Source: the human T2T-CHM13v2.0 reference genome, Homo sapiens. Taken from it: DNA of 64,000 nt. Every line of letters begins with the position of its first letter. Position 1 is the stretch's first letter. The DNA is taken from assembly GCF_009914755.1 (NCBI RefSeq), contig NC_060934.1; one strand, written 5' to 3'. Under the pieces are notes generated by a model. It was not told where the DNA came from. It did not search any database and saw nothing but the letters and a program-made list of their open reading frames with translations. A program made the translations under genes and the position numbers. Below, piece after piece: positions 52,011 through 64,000 of this stretch.

Positions 52011-54349
52011 CCTTCATCCACTGGATCAAAACCATTTTCATAACTGGGTATTGTTAAGCTCTTCAGAACATAGGCTTTTGGACCATTAGAAGGGCTTTCA
52101 CATCGTCTAGTCCAGTTCTGTAACTGTACACACTGGAGCAAATGACACCTGAAGAGGTTCTATACATATGTATTATCTTACTCATTCAATACGTTTGTTT
52201 AGTCTGTTCCTGTGGGACAACTTGACATTATCCATTTCCTGAAGTGCTGCAACAAGAAATACCGTACACACCATCACTTATGTTCTTACCAAAAATTTTA
52301 CCCTGAATCCAATTTCAGACAAATTCAGAATGTAGGACATTCAACAGGGCAACTATCTTGGGCTCTTCAAAAAGGTAAATGACTAGAAAAACAAAACAAA
52401 AAAGAAGTGAGGAATTGTTCTCTCTTTGATTAAAAGAGAAGAAAGAGCATGAACCTTGGTGGGATCCTGTAATTCAAGACACAAAAGCTGTAAAATACAT
52501 TTTGAGGACAACTGGAGAAGTATGGAAGGTATTTTAGACAATATTATTAACTGAGTGATGATTTTCTTATGCATGATGATGGTTTTGTGGTAATGGAGGA
52601 GAATGTCCTTATTGTTAGGAGATGTATTCTGAAGTATGTAGGAATGACCTATGATGCTTTCAAATGGTTCAGCAAAAGAGGTATGCATGTGTGTAGAAAG
52701 AGAGAAAGATGAGAGAGAGTACAACTGTAAAATATTAACAATTAGCGAATCTAGGTGACAGTGCTCATTCTACTATTCATTCAACTTTCTGTATATCTCA
52801 AAATTTAAACATGAATAAAACATTTTAGTAAAACAGACACCCTAGCACGTAAGTTTCACGAAGCAAGAGATGTTTGTTTCTCCCACTGATGTAGACCAAG
52901 TGCTGAGAGCAGTCCCCAGCACATAGTAGGCACTCAGTAAAAACGTGTTTAAACGGAAAGCAAAAAAGGAGGTGGCCCCAGCATGGGGTCAGAGGGAGGG
53001 AAGGGACAGAAGCCAAGAAGTGGGCAAGTCTGCTGGCACACCACCCTGACATCAGTGTTTTTCAGAGGCTTCCCTAGAGCCACAGGAATGCTACAGAATA
53101 AGGCTCCTGTGGACAGTGCCCTCTCAGCTGCACCTGCTTTTGGTGCAGGCAGCTGGGCAGAAGATTAGGTAGAGAAGACTCACCCAGCCAGAATGTCTTA
53201 CCCATGTCCCCACCCACCACGATCGATCTGGAAATGGCATGGAGATGTTTCTGATGAGAGTATAAAAATGTAGGCATCCGTCAGCTCGCACTGGTTCAGC
53301 CATCCTATGTATACAAGGGAAAGCTTGAATATATGTGAAACCTCAGGGATTATGAGATCCATTAGAACCCACTTAATATTATGATGCAAATGGTGAGATT
53401 GAAGGTCTTACAATTAGGCAAGAGCTGACTGCTTTCTTCATTTGATTTTCTTTAATGGCACCAAAATAATATACTGTTTTTGAAAAGACGAGTTTTCTAA
53501 GATTCTACTAGTTGATGATTTATTATCTCATTTCCAAATTCCAGGGTTAAGGAAACATGTATATTAAGAAATGGCTAAAATATGAATGAAGCACAAATGC
53601 TCTGGGAGGCTGATGGAGGAGGAGGAGGGTACCAGGGTGGGTGTGCGAGGTCATGGTCCAGCTGAAGGCCAATGAACCGAAGGTTTCTTTATTTTCTCCT
53701 CTTTTTCTTTTTATCTTTCTTTTCTCACTTTCTTTCAATGTCTCTTTTCTTCTTTCCTCCCTCTTTGCTTCCTCTCACCCTTCTTTCTTCTCTTCCTTCC
53801 TTCCCTCCTACCTTCCTCCCTTCCATCCCCCGATTTTAAAAACCACAGTGATTGAAACTAAAGAGCTGGCCTACGCACCTCAGGGCTGAGGACTTGTTAG
53901 CTCTCCTTGCCTCCTGGCAACCATGCCCCTTCTAATAGTGACTGGTTGAGAAAGAGGCTCAGAGTCTTTTAGCTAGAATAATCCCCTCAGGCATGTCATC
54001 TCTTTCCAGTGCAGACCTGCAAGGGAGGTGATCTTATTCCCACTGAGAAGGAGCCTGGCAGTGCTTCTAAACTGAATTCTCATAAGAAAGGGAAGAGCCT
54101 GTTTGCAAAAACATACTCTTTTGCTGCCAACACAAGCAGATCTTTTAGGGAGGAGGGGAACTGTAACCCCTCCAAGATCTTTGCTCTCCTTCAGAGCCAA
54201 GGCTCTCAGGTTTCACAAAGGAATTTATAGAGCAGACTGACGCCTCTGGGGTTGGAATCAGCTCAGGACTAAGTGGAGAATGAGGAGAGGGACAGGCACC
54301 CTTCTCTGCTCTGTGCAGGCTGGGGATTGTTTACCAGGGGATGAAAAGG

Positions 54350-55020
54350 TCCTCTCCCTGAAAAGGAATGTTTGGCAAGGAAATGACTTCTGGAGGCACA
54401 ACTGAATGGCTCCCCAGGGAATCAGTTTGGGTTAGTTACAGATCAGACCCACCACCCTGGACAAATCTCACTGGGCAGGGGCGGCGGGGCTGTGATTACA
54501 AGAGCTTGGGGATGTTTAAAGCAACTCCTGCCTTCAAAAGACAGCTGTCCTCTTTTCCAGATAAGTTCTGTATGGTAAAAGAAGGAAAAGGAAAAAAAAT
54601 AGAGGTTAGAAATCATATTGAAAAATTAAAGGAATGTTTGATTTGTCCATAAGAATTTCCTGACTGTGCCACTTTGCTCAGCGCTTGTCCTAGGTCCTTC
54701 CAATATCACATTTAGTGGGTAGTGAGAAGGCGTGGAGTAAGTGACTCTGGTTGCTGACATTCACACTTGGATGAAGTGGAGAAAGATGATGTCCTTCCTT
54801 ATTTGGTGGCTCTGGAAGCCACATTCCCTCCTCATCCGCCTTCCCAAAAGAACCTTGTGGCTGCCCAGCGGAAGCCAGTGCTTTCAGCAGCCCCCACCCT
54901 TGGCATTTCCTTATCTAGGAGTCTTCACTGTGGAATTCCAAGGCCCACCCCAATGCTCCGGATGTGTTTCAATCCATGGCCTGCCACTTTGTTACTCTTG
55001 TGATGACAAGCAGATAACAT
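54350..55020. promoter_or_regulatory. Candidate distal ANKRD1 enhancer (CArG + TEAD + GATA)
   Basis: Perfect CArG CCTTATTTGG at 54797-54806; CATTCC at 54822; AGGAATGT near 54364 and 54630; GATA sites near 54559, 54911 and 55012; non-repetitive sequence. Confidence 0.55.
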
Positions 55021-55687
55021 AGCTCACATGCCTTCTTTTCCTGCATACCAACCAGACCCCAGTTCTGAAAAGGAAACAAACCACAAACCAAGAGAGATGT
55101 GTTATTTTTATGCAGACATTGTTAAGACACTGCAATAAGCCTAGAATTGTGGAGAGTGCTTTCCCATGTTGCTCCAGTTAATCCCCTCAGTCACTCTGGC
55201 ATTTATACAAATGAGGAAACCAGTGAGTGTGGAGGTTAAATAGTCAAGGTCTCATAGCAAGTGTGTGTGTGTGCATGTATGTGTGTGTATCTTGGGGGGT
55301 GAGGGTTGCCAATTCAAAGTCCAGAATGACTCCAAGTCCACAGCACCTTTGTTGCAGTTAAATGCCTTTACAACTAAGCGTGACCCCTTTGGCAATCACT
55401 ACTAAGAGGCTTTACCAACTTCTGACACTGTTAACTTCAAGACAAATATGCTTTTTTCAAGACATGGCATCAAAAACTGTATTTCTGTTATTCCTCATCA
55501 CCATGGTTACAACCACAACTCATCTGTAATTTTCAAAGACCCTGCATCAGAGAAACAACAAAAATGTGGAGAAAATATTTGCTGAACATGTCAGTAAATA
55601 AATAAGTATAAAATATGAAAGTGGCCAGAATATACCCAAATCAATAAATATGAATGAGTTAAATGCCTCTTTTGAAAGACAGATAAT

Positions 55688-56010
<323 letters not shown>

Positions 56011-56019
56011 CAGATATTC

Positions 56020-56545
56020 TTAAAATCCAACAATTCCGCTTCTGGGTGTATACCCAAAAGAATTGAAAGCAGAGTCTTGAACAGATATTTGCACACCCAT
56101 ATTCATAGCACCATTATTCACAATAGCCAAAGTATGGAAGAAACCCAAGTGTTCATTGACAGATGAATGAACAAGCAAAATGTGGTATTTACACACAATA
56201 GAATATTATTCAGCCTTAAAAAGGAAGGAAATGCTGACATATGCTACTACATGGATGAACCTTGAGGGCATTATGCTAAGTGAAATAAACCAAAAAGACA
56301 AATACTGTATGATTCCACTTACATGAGGTACTTAGAGCATTCGAAATCATAGAGACAGAAAGTAGAGTGATGATTGCCAGGAGCCGGAGGGAGGGGGAAA
56401 TAGAAAGTTATAAGAGTTTAGAATTTCAGTTTTACAAAGTGAAAAGAGTTATGGACATGGATAATGGTGGTGGATGCACACTATGAATGCATTTAATACA
56501 ATTGAAATATACTCTTAAAATGGTTAAGATAGTAAATTTTTTGGG
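56020..56545 (+). mobile_element. L1M (L1MA/MB-type) 3' end
   Basis: tatacccaaaagaattgaaagcag...atggatgaaccttgag...aaaatggttaagat signature. Confidence 0.8.
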
Positions 56546-57506
56546 GGGAGGAACTGGAACCCTAAAAATGAAAGAAAAATGAATTTTCTTAGAAAGATAC
56601 TCTTATATGATGTAAAACAATACAAACAATAAAAGTCTATGCCATTTATAAGAGATATACCAGGATGACACTGGACGGTTGAAAATAAAGGGATAGACAA
56701 AGGGACACCATGTAAATGCTACCAAAATATGCAGAAGGGACAGTATCAGTGCCAGACAAAATCAAATTCAAAGCAAAAAGCACTAAATGGGACAAAGAAG
56801 ACTGAAAGACATAATCCAACAAGAAGTTATACTAATAATTAATTTTTGTGCAATAAACAACATAGCATCGAAATATATAAACACCAAGTCTGTGTACTTA
56901 GGCATCCTAAGAATGGGTAAATATAGTAAAAAGTACTGTTTTGGCCTGATAGGAACTTGCTGTCTCTTCCAGTGGATAATTTGTCTGTAGTGTATTTAAA
57001 GCAGGGAGCTTAAGCTCAGACTTCCAGATTGGAAAGTTTCTAAGTATTTCAGGGAGAGGTTATTTATGCTGTATGAGTATTTTACGTCAGGGAAGCATTA
57101 TAACAAATAGACCATAAAAATCATACCACATCCAAAGGAAAAACAAAAAGCCACAGAAGGTTCTTGGAGTGTCTCTTCAGGAAATCCTCCACACTCAAGG
57201 CTCTTGCCAGTTAGGGTAACGTGTCCATAAATTTCCTCTAACAAACCCATTCCAGCATCAGAAAATGACAAATCAATCAAATTTTGGGGGATTGATAGCT
57301 AAACTCTTCCAGGACTGTGGGCATAAATCCAGGAAAGGAATTTATGCCAAAAATTGAACCCTTTCCTGACAGAAATGGAAACGCAGACAGAAATAAAACC
57401 AGTTACTTCATTTCAACTCATATCTACCACGTTTTAGGCAAGACAGTGAGGATACAGCTTACAGCTTCTCACAGGTAAGATAAAATTTCTAGCAAAAGTA
57501 AGGTGC

Positions 57507-57812
57507 TGGCCAGGCACAGTGGCTTACACCTGTAGTCTTGGAGCTTTGGGTAGTTGAGCTGGAGGATCCTTTGAGGCCAGAAGTTCAAGACCAACTTGGG
57601 CAACATGGTGAAACCTCATCTCTACAAAAAGTAAGATAAAATAAAATATTAGCTGAGTATGGTGGTGCATGCCTGTAGTCCCTGCTACTCGAGATGCTGA
57701 GGTGGGAGGGGGATCACTCAAGCCCAGGAGTTCATGGTGACAATGAGCTAGGATTGAGGTACTGCACTCCAGCCTGGGTGACAGAGTGGGACTGTTTCAA
57801 AAGCAAACAAAA
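57507..57812 (+). mobile_element. Alu (J-type)
   Basis: Diverged sense Alu. Confidence 0.88.
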
Positions 57813-58334
57813 GTAAAGTACTAAAACACTCTAAAGCGCTCAGTTGTTAAACAAATCTCATCTCCAGTAGGGATTGAGTTACTGAAGCAAAGGGGCCAGG
57901 GAAGCCAATGACAGGGAAGGAATGGACCGGGAACCTGGGTTTTGAAATATCTTTCTCATAATTTGAGTTATATTAAAGAAAAACCTAAAACTACTAAGTG
58001 CTAATCTAGCATTTTTTAATTCTGAAAAGTCTAAATTAGACATAAGCAATTGGTTAGAAGTGCTGGATAATAATTTTCCAAGCAAAGAGGGCTTTTTTCT
58101 TCCTGATCCTTTGTCAGATATACTGAGGCATGATCCCTGTTCTTGAAAGGCAGTTGTTGCAGCTGAGCTCACTAGTACCTTATGTTCTACATCCTAAGCA
58201 AATGCATACCTCTGAACTCTGAGGGAATGCGGAGTGGAGACCCTACTAGGTCGCTGGCCAGCCAGTTTTTTGGTGTGTGAATGGGTTGAATAAACATGCA
58301 TGTACACATATATATTTATGTATATCTAAATGGG

Positions 58335-58413
58335 TAGATAGAAAATAGATAGATAAATGACAGATAGATAATAGACAGATAAATCATAGATAGATAATAG
58401 ATGATAGATAGAT

Positions 58414-58466
<53 letters not shown>
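58335..58466. repeat. (GATA)n tetranucleotide microsatellite, left part
   Basis: Imperfect then perfect GATA run, directly visible. Confidence 0.95.
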
Positions 58467-58820
58467 TGATATGGTTTAGCTGCATCCCCATTCAAATCTC
58501 GACTTGAATTGTATCTCCCAGAATTCCCACATGTTGTAGGAGGGACCCAGAGGGAGGTAGTTGAATAATGAGGGCCGGTCTTTCCCATGCTATTCTCATG
58601 ATAGTGAATAAGTCTCACAAAATCTGATGGGTTTATCAGGGGTTTCCACTTTCTCTTCTTCCTCATTCTCTCTTGCTGCTGCCATATAAGAAGTGCCTTT
58701 CACCCTCCACCATGATTATGAGACCTCTCCAGCCATGTGGAACTGTAAGTCCAATTAAACCTCTTTTTCCTCCCAGTCTCAGGTATATTTTTATCAGTAG
58801 CATGAAAACGGACTAATACA
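58467..58820 (+). mobile_element. THE1 (probably THE1A) MaLR solo LTR
   Basis: TGATATGGTTT start and GACTAATACA end; 354 bp; flanked by gatag/gacag. Confidence 0.88.
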
Positions 58821-58885
58821 GACAGATGCACAGAGAAATAGACAGACAGATGGATGATAGATGATTGCTAGCTAGCTAGCTAGAT

Positions 58886-58931
<46 letters not shown>

Positions 58932-58963
58932 AGATAGATGGATAGATAGAAGATAGATGGATG

Positions 58964-58997
<34 letters not shown>

Positions 58998-59006
58998 CAG
59001 ACAGAT
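58821..59006. repeat. (GATA)n/(GACA)n/(CTAG)n compound microsatellite, right part
   Basis: Directly visible. Confidence 0.95.
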
Positions 59007-59299
59007 ATTACTTTCACTTCTTTCTATCTCTCCCTCTTTATTCCTGGTATTCTCTCTTCACTTCCTCCTCTCTCTGGTCTGTCTAGCTGTCTGCCTGTGT
59101 TTCATTTCCTTTGTGTCTGCCTGTAGGTAGGTCTTGTCTCTCTCTGAGCATCTCTCCATGGGACTCGGTGTATTTCTCCCCAACTGTCTCTGGCTGTCTG
59201 CCCTTCTTTCTTTCTCTCTCCATCTCCCTGCCTTCTTTTTGCCTTTCTTCTACTCTGGTGATGGTTGCTGCCCTTGCTGCTGTGATGCATTTTCTATTG

Positions 59300-59600
59300 A
59301 TGGAGTGAGCATTAAGGAGGCCCAAATATGGTCATGGGTTTCAGGCGGAGTTGAGGTCACGGCAGCCAGGCAATGCTCGCCCCCAGCATGGTCCTTGGGA
59401 AACTCAGAGCTGTCACAAACACTGGCCCACCTTATATCCAGACACTTAAGGTCAGGAAGAGACAGAGTGATTCAGCCAGAGTCCCGTTCATAAAAGGCAG
59501 CAAAGGCTCTCTCCTGTCAGCTGCCACTTGTTACAATACAGTCAATTTTCCATTCCACAGCAATTTACATTCATGTCTGTTATAATCACTTTGCTGTGCA
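59300..59600. promoter_or_regulatory. Candidate second distal enhancer (CArG + E-box + M-CAT)
   Basis: Perfect CArG CCAAATATGG at 59322-59331; CAGCTG at 59518; CATTCCA at 59551. Confidence 0.45.
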
Positions 59601-61116
59601 CTTACTGGAAGGGAAACCATTTTCCTTAGTATCATTCAGATAATTAGAGCAAGTCCTCTGGATGAGGAAAGCTCAGGTACAACAATGAAACTATTGAAAT
59701 GTCTTTAAAAAACCTCTCCTTTTAAAAGAATGTTCAAAGAAATTGCCACATCAAAGTTCTGAATGTCAAGAATTCCTATAATTTCCTTCTGTGGCTAATG
59801 ACAGGAACTTTCTAGAATACTACAATTTCTTAGAGTACAGGATAAAGGATAATTTTGTTTGCCTGAGATTTAACTCACCTGAGAAGTATTTTTCCAGGGT
59901 TATGATTGAGCAAAAGACTGGTCGAGAAGCTTTCAACCAACCTATGGGGAAATAACTTTTTTATTAAAGCACTTTCATTAATTAAGCGTTCCTCCATGGA
60001 CTTTTAGGGAATTCATTCTTTACTGAATTCTTCTAGAACTGCAGAAAATCTTCAGAATGGGCTGCAACAACTTTGGTCACAGAAGACAGCTGCAGCTGCA
60101 CAGCAGAGAGACGGGCTAGAGAGCAGAATGGCAAGGGTTCAGCTCAATTTTTCCATGTTTCCTTTTTGCATGCTTTATTTTGCAGGGGAGTCTAAGCCAG
60201 AAAAGTAGAGATGCCTTTCCCTTAAATTCATGGTTCATGAAATTATTAGAAAAGGTCTAACAATCTTGTGGAAAGGTTATGTAGGGTGCAAAACTTTCCA
60301 CCCAGGACAAATTCTAAACACTGTAATGGAACTTTTCCTTCAATCCAATCTATTTGTTATCATTTGTTGAGCAGTTACAATACATGGCAAGCCCTGGGAT
60401 AAAGGTTCAATGTGCTCATTTAAATCTCCCAGTAACTCTTTAATGCAAATCTATTATTTTCCCCCATATTACAGATGAAGAAACTGAGCCTGATGTGTTA
60501 AAAAGGTTTGTTGAAAATCACACAGCTAGGAAGAAAGAGATCTTGGATTCAAACCCAAGTCGGCTGGCCTTATAGGCTGTGTTTTCAAGTACCTGCCTCA
60601 TGGCCAGGCTCGCTACTCTGACTCCAACTAGAGAGAGCAAATGAACTCTGAAAACTGGCAGAAAATCAGCAACAAATGTCTTAGATGGGTAGCCTGCTTA
60701 CTCTCCCCTGGGTCTGTACAGTAAGTCTATGTAGTAAATCCTGCACAGAATGTTACAGAGACCATAGAGTAGCAGGAACTATTTAGATTGGTCCAGCCCT
60801 ATACCATTTGCAAAGCTTGACATCTGTGATCTCAGATGATCTTTTCTAAAACTCTGTGACTTAGAGGTTATTGTTTCCATTTTAGCAGAAAAAGAGACTA
60901 ACACCCGAGTTGGTTAAGTGACTTGGTCAAGGTCTCATAACTAGTAACTGACAGAGCCAAGACTTGGGCCTAAGAAGGGTTTGACTCCTTACTCAATGCC
61001 CTTTGAGCTCCTGCTCCTGGGCCAACTCTGGTCAATTGATCATGACTGGCCTGTGGTGTTATTTGGGAGAAAATAGTCCCAGGATGTATTAAGACTCAGC
61101 AAGAAAAGGTGTCACA

Positions 61117-61438
61117 GGCCGGGCATGGTGGCTCACACCTATAATCCCAGCACTTTGGGAGTCTGAGGCTGGAGGATTGGCTGAGCTCAGGAGTTCATGA
61201 CTAGCCTATGCAACGTGGTGAGACTGTATCTCTACAAAATTTTAAAATTAGGCAGGCATGGTGGCACACACCTGTAGTCCCAGCTACTCAGGAGACTGAG
61301 GTGGGAGGATCACTTGAGCCCAGGAAATGGAGGCTGCAGTGAGCTGTGAAAGCACTGCTGCACTCCAGGCTGGGCACCAGAACAAGACTCTGTTTCCGAA
61401 AGAGAATATAAAAAAAGAAAAGGAAAGAAAAAGAAAAA
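61117..61438 (+). mobile_element. Alu (J-type)
   Basis: Diverged sense Alu flanked by aagaaaa(g)gtgtcac repeats. Confidence 0.9.
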
Positions 61439-62411
61439 GTGTCACTGTTGATTAAGCATGTCTGCACCGACACCAGCGTGAGGAGCGATGGCATCCTTGC
61501 CACAATGACATCATCTCTAATATATTTAGTGCAGCCCCTTAATTCTATAGAAAAGGAAATGGAGGCGTAACTCAGGAATTCTGAGACTTCTGCAGGTTCT
61601 CTCAGCAAGTTGATGACAGTCAGGACAAAACAGCATTTTGAGAAGTTGTGCAGATCTCTTTTCATAGTACTTTAAACCTGGGACTTAGGCTTTTCCATGC
61701 TCATGTTTGCTTGTCTCTAAGTCCAAGGGTCCCTTATGAGTCGGGGACAGAAGGTGTTAAGCAAACGTAACAGAGGACAGAGAAAGCTGGGATTGGTGCA
61801 AGACATGGCTTCCACTTAAGACTGCTCAGCCTTCCCCTGACACCTGCCCTTCTCTCTCCTTCCCTCACTCTCACCATCGCCAACACTGACCTCTCCCACC
61901 CCTGCCCTGAGCTAATCCTCCTGCCATTGAGAAGGAGTTTTATCCTACCCCATCTCTCCCACAAGGCTGTAAGCCATCCAAGGTCAGCTGATGACACTGT
62001 CTTGTTCATTCGTATAGAAGCCTGGCATCTTACTCCACATAGGCTTGGCACACATGTGTATGGAACTCAATTGATTCTGCCCAAACTGGAATTGGAGTAA
62101 ACTGAATTGAACTAAATGTACCTGCACCAAAGTAGGTAATAAAATAGGCCTACTGACTAATTTATTACAAAGCGAAAAGCGGAAATAAAATAGGAAGGAA
62201 CTGGAATTCGTGAGAGGGAAAATAGCACCTTTCTATCTCATATTCCCAACATCCTCCCCAAAATCACCAGCACAATAATAGCAAATATTATCAGCTAATT
62301 TATACCTATAACAAGACATTGAGTGGCACTTGTCTTCTTGTCCTAGTTTTGGTATCTGGGGCCTATAGCTAAAAAGCAAAGAGAACATCCACACACGGTA
62401 AGATTTGGGGC

Positions 62412-62475
62412 CAAAAATTGTACCACAAGGAAGAGATGGTACAAAAATCGTACCACAAGGAAGAGATGGTACAAA
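62412..62475. repeat. Tandem duplication, 30 bp x2
   Basis: caaaaat(t/c)gtaccacaaggaagagatggta occurs twice. Confidence 0.92.
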
Positions 62476-64000
62476 GGTAACCACCCCTTTCATCCTCCGT
62501 TCTCAGTCTATATCAATGACTATCAAACCCATTGGACTGCAGATCTTCATTTAGTGACAAATATCATGCAATGCCAATTTGCAAATTAAAATGGATAGAC
62601 AATAAAACTTTCTATTAAAAATTATATAGGTATATAATTTTCTCCCAAAGCCAATATAATCCCTAACTTTTTAGAAATAATATAAATAAAGGAGAGGTAA
62701 GTTATTAAAATAATATGTGTTTCCTGGGGCACCACAACTCTAGGAGACATAACAAAGTAGTCAGTGGTTTGGGCCTGTTTGTAATGAGTAAGTTTGCATT
62801 GAAAAGAAAATAGGCCAATATAAAGTTGAATATCATCAACACTTTGTCTTTATACATATTGAAACAAGGGGTAAATAAGTAAATTTGTTTTTATACATAG
62901 ACTTTTTGCCAACTGAACAGATAAAATGCAGACTGATATTTTGGCAACTAAACAGCACAACTGGCTTTGCCATCAGTGATGTGATTGTTCGAATGCTGAA
63001 CAGTCTTTGGCAAGTTTCCAAAAGGAACAAGTACTGTATAATCTTCCCTTGATTTACATGTTAGGTATGTTTCTGGAAAATCCAATGTATATCAAAGCTA
63101 TACAAAAATACCCTGTGTTTTTTGCATAAAATAGAATTGAGTTCTAGGCCTATGTCATTATAAAATGTCTGGGAGGACACCAGAAAGATGTGTAGATGTG
63201 AGATGGTTCTTCTCCATGTGGAATTGTCTTGTGCATTGCAGGATGTCTGGAATCCCTGGCCCATTAAGTATCAGAAGATCCCCCAATCGCCGTGACAACC
63301 AATAACAGCTCCACATATTTCCAAAATGTCCCTAGGAGATTGTGTGACCCTCGCTAAGGACCACTGCTCACTATAAAAAGACAGGGAGAAGAAGGGGAGT
63401 CTAAGAGATGGTCATCCTTCCCGTGGTTGGATATCCACAGCAGACTTGCTCTTCTGCATCAGCGTCAGAGACTTGGAGAGATGTGGAGGTGGGGAGAGGT
63501 GGTGCAGCAGCTGCATACCTACCACTGGGCGTGACAATGAGCATGTGTTTCCCACGGGACCACTGGACACAGGGCATCACAAGGAGCTGGCTTGAGCCAT
63601 CTTGCTATTATCCCACCCAGGAGGGTTGTCTCTTGGTGAAGATGCACTACAACAAGAGGATGTTGCACACAGGGCCCCTGTGGAGCAGAGGTGGGCGGGG
63701 AGCAGGGGAGCAAATGAGGTGGGGCTGGAGTTGGATCTTCTGGTCAGGGAATTAGGCAGCAAGGGAGGGGAAGGGGCCTTTAAGGGTCTCCAAAGAACTG
63801 CTGCATGAACTCCGTCACACTGGGGACATGGACGTTGGCTAGAGTGTGCTGGCTCCTCAGCAGCCATTAAAAACAAGTTGATTCTTTCTCCCTCCCTCTT
63901 CCCTACCCTGACCCAGTGAAGGAGTGGGAGCCCTGAGGAATGGAGAGGCTTTGAAAACATAGGAGATTGAAGTTTTGTACCAGACCTTTCTCTCTCTCTC

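Noticed and set aside
58316-59493. ORFs with YLSI repeats and overlapping ORFs near 59083-59493
   Set aside because: Products of microsatellite, LTR and low-complexity CT-rich sequence.
63408-63960. Cluster of overlapping GC-richer ORFs at the window end
   Set aside because: No recognisable domain, no convincing splice-site pair and no CpG island; likely chance or an old repeat.

Overview
Human (primate) genomic DNA that I recognise from the translated exons as the RPP30-ANKRD1 locus (chr10q23 from recall). The + strand carries the 3' half of RPP30, the RNase P/MRP 30-kDa subunit: seven coding exons from 2739 to 24356, including a U12-type minor intron at 19595-19989, plus an alternative C-terminal extension built from an exonised antisense Alu and downstream exons. 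The - strand carries the complete ANKRD1/CARP gene: 9 coding exons from 36545 to 44706 (960 nt, 319 aa), its 3' UTR, a TATA/M-CAT/GATA promoter and about 19 kb of upstream DNA with candidate SRF/TEAD/GATA enhancer clusters. The remainder is repeat-rich: about 19 Alu/FLAM copies, a near-full-length Tigger1, a Tigger3/MER7, a 5'-inverted L1, a THE1 solo LTR inside a GATA array, and Y1 RNA and U6 snRNA retropseudogenes. Nearly all ORFs in the supplied track are spurious. I found no evidence of a wholly new biological system. The best leads are the minor-intron switch and the TE-built tail of RPP30, two perfect CArG-box enhancer candidates upstream of ANKRD1, and the ANKRD1 3'-end architecture. 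Exon boundaries were counted by hand; repeat boundaries and subfamily names are approximate.
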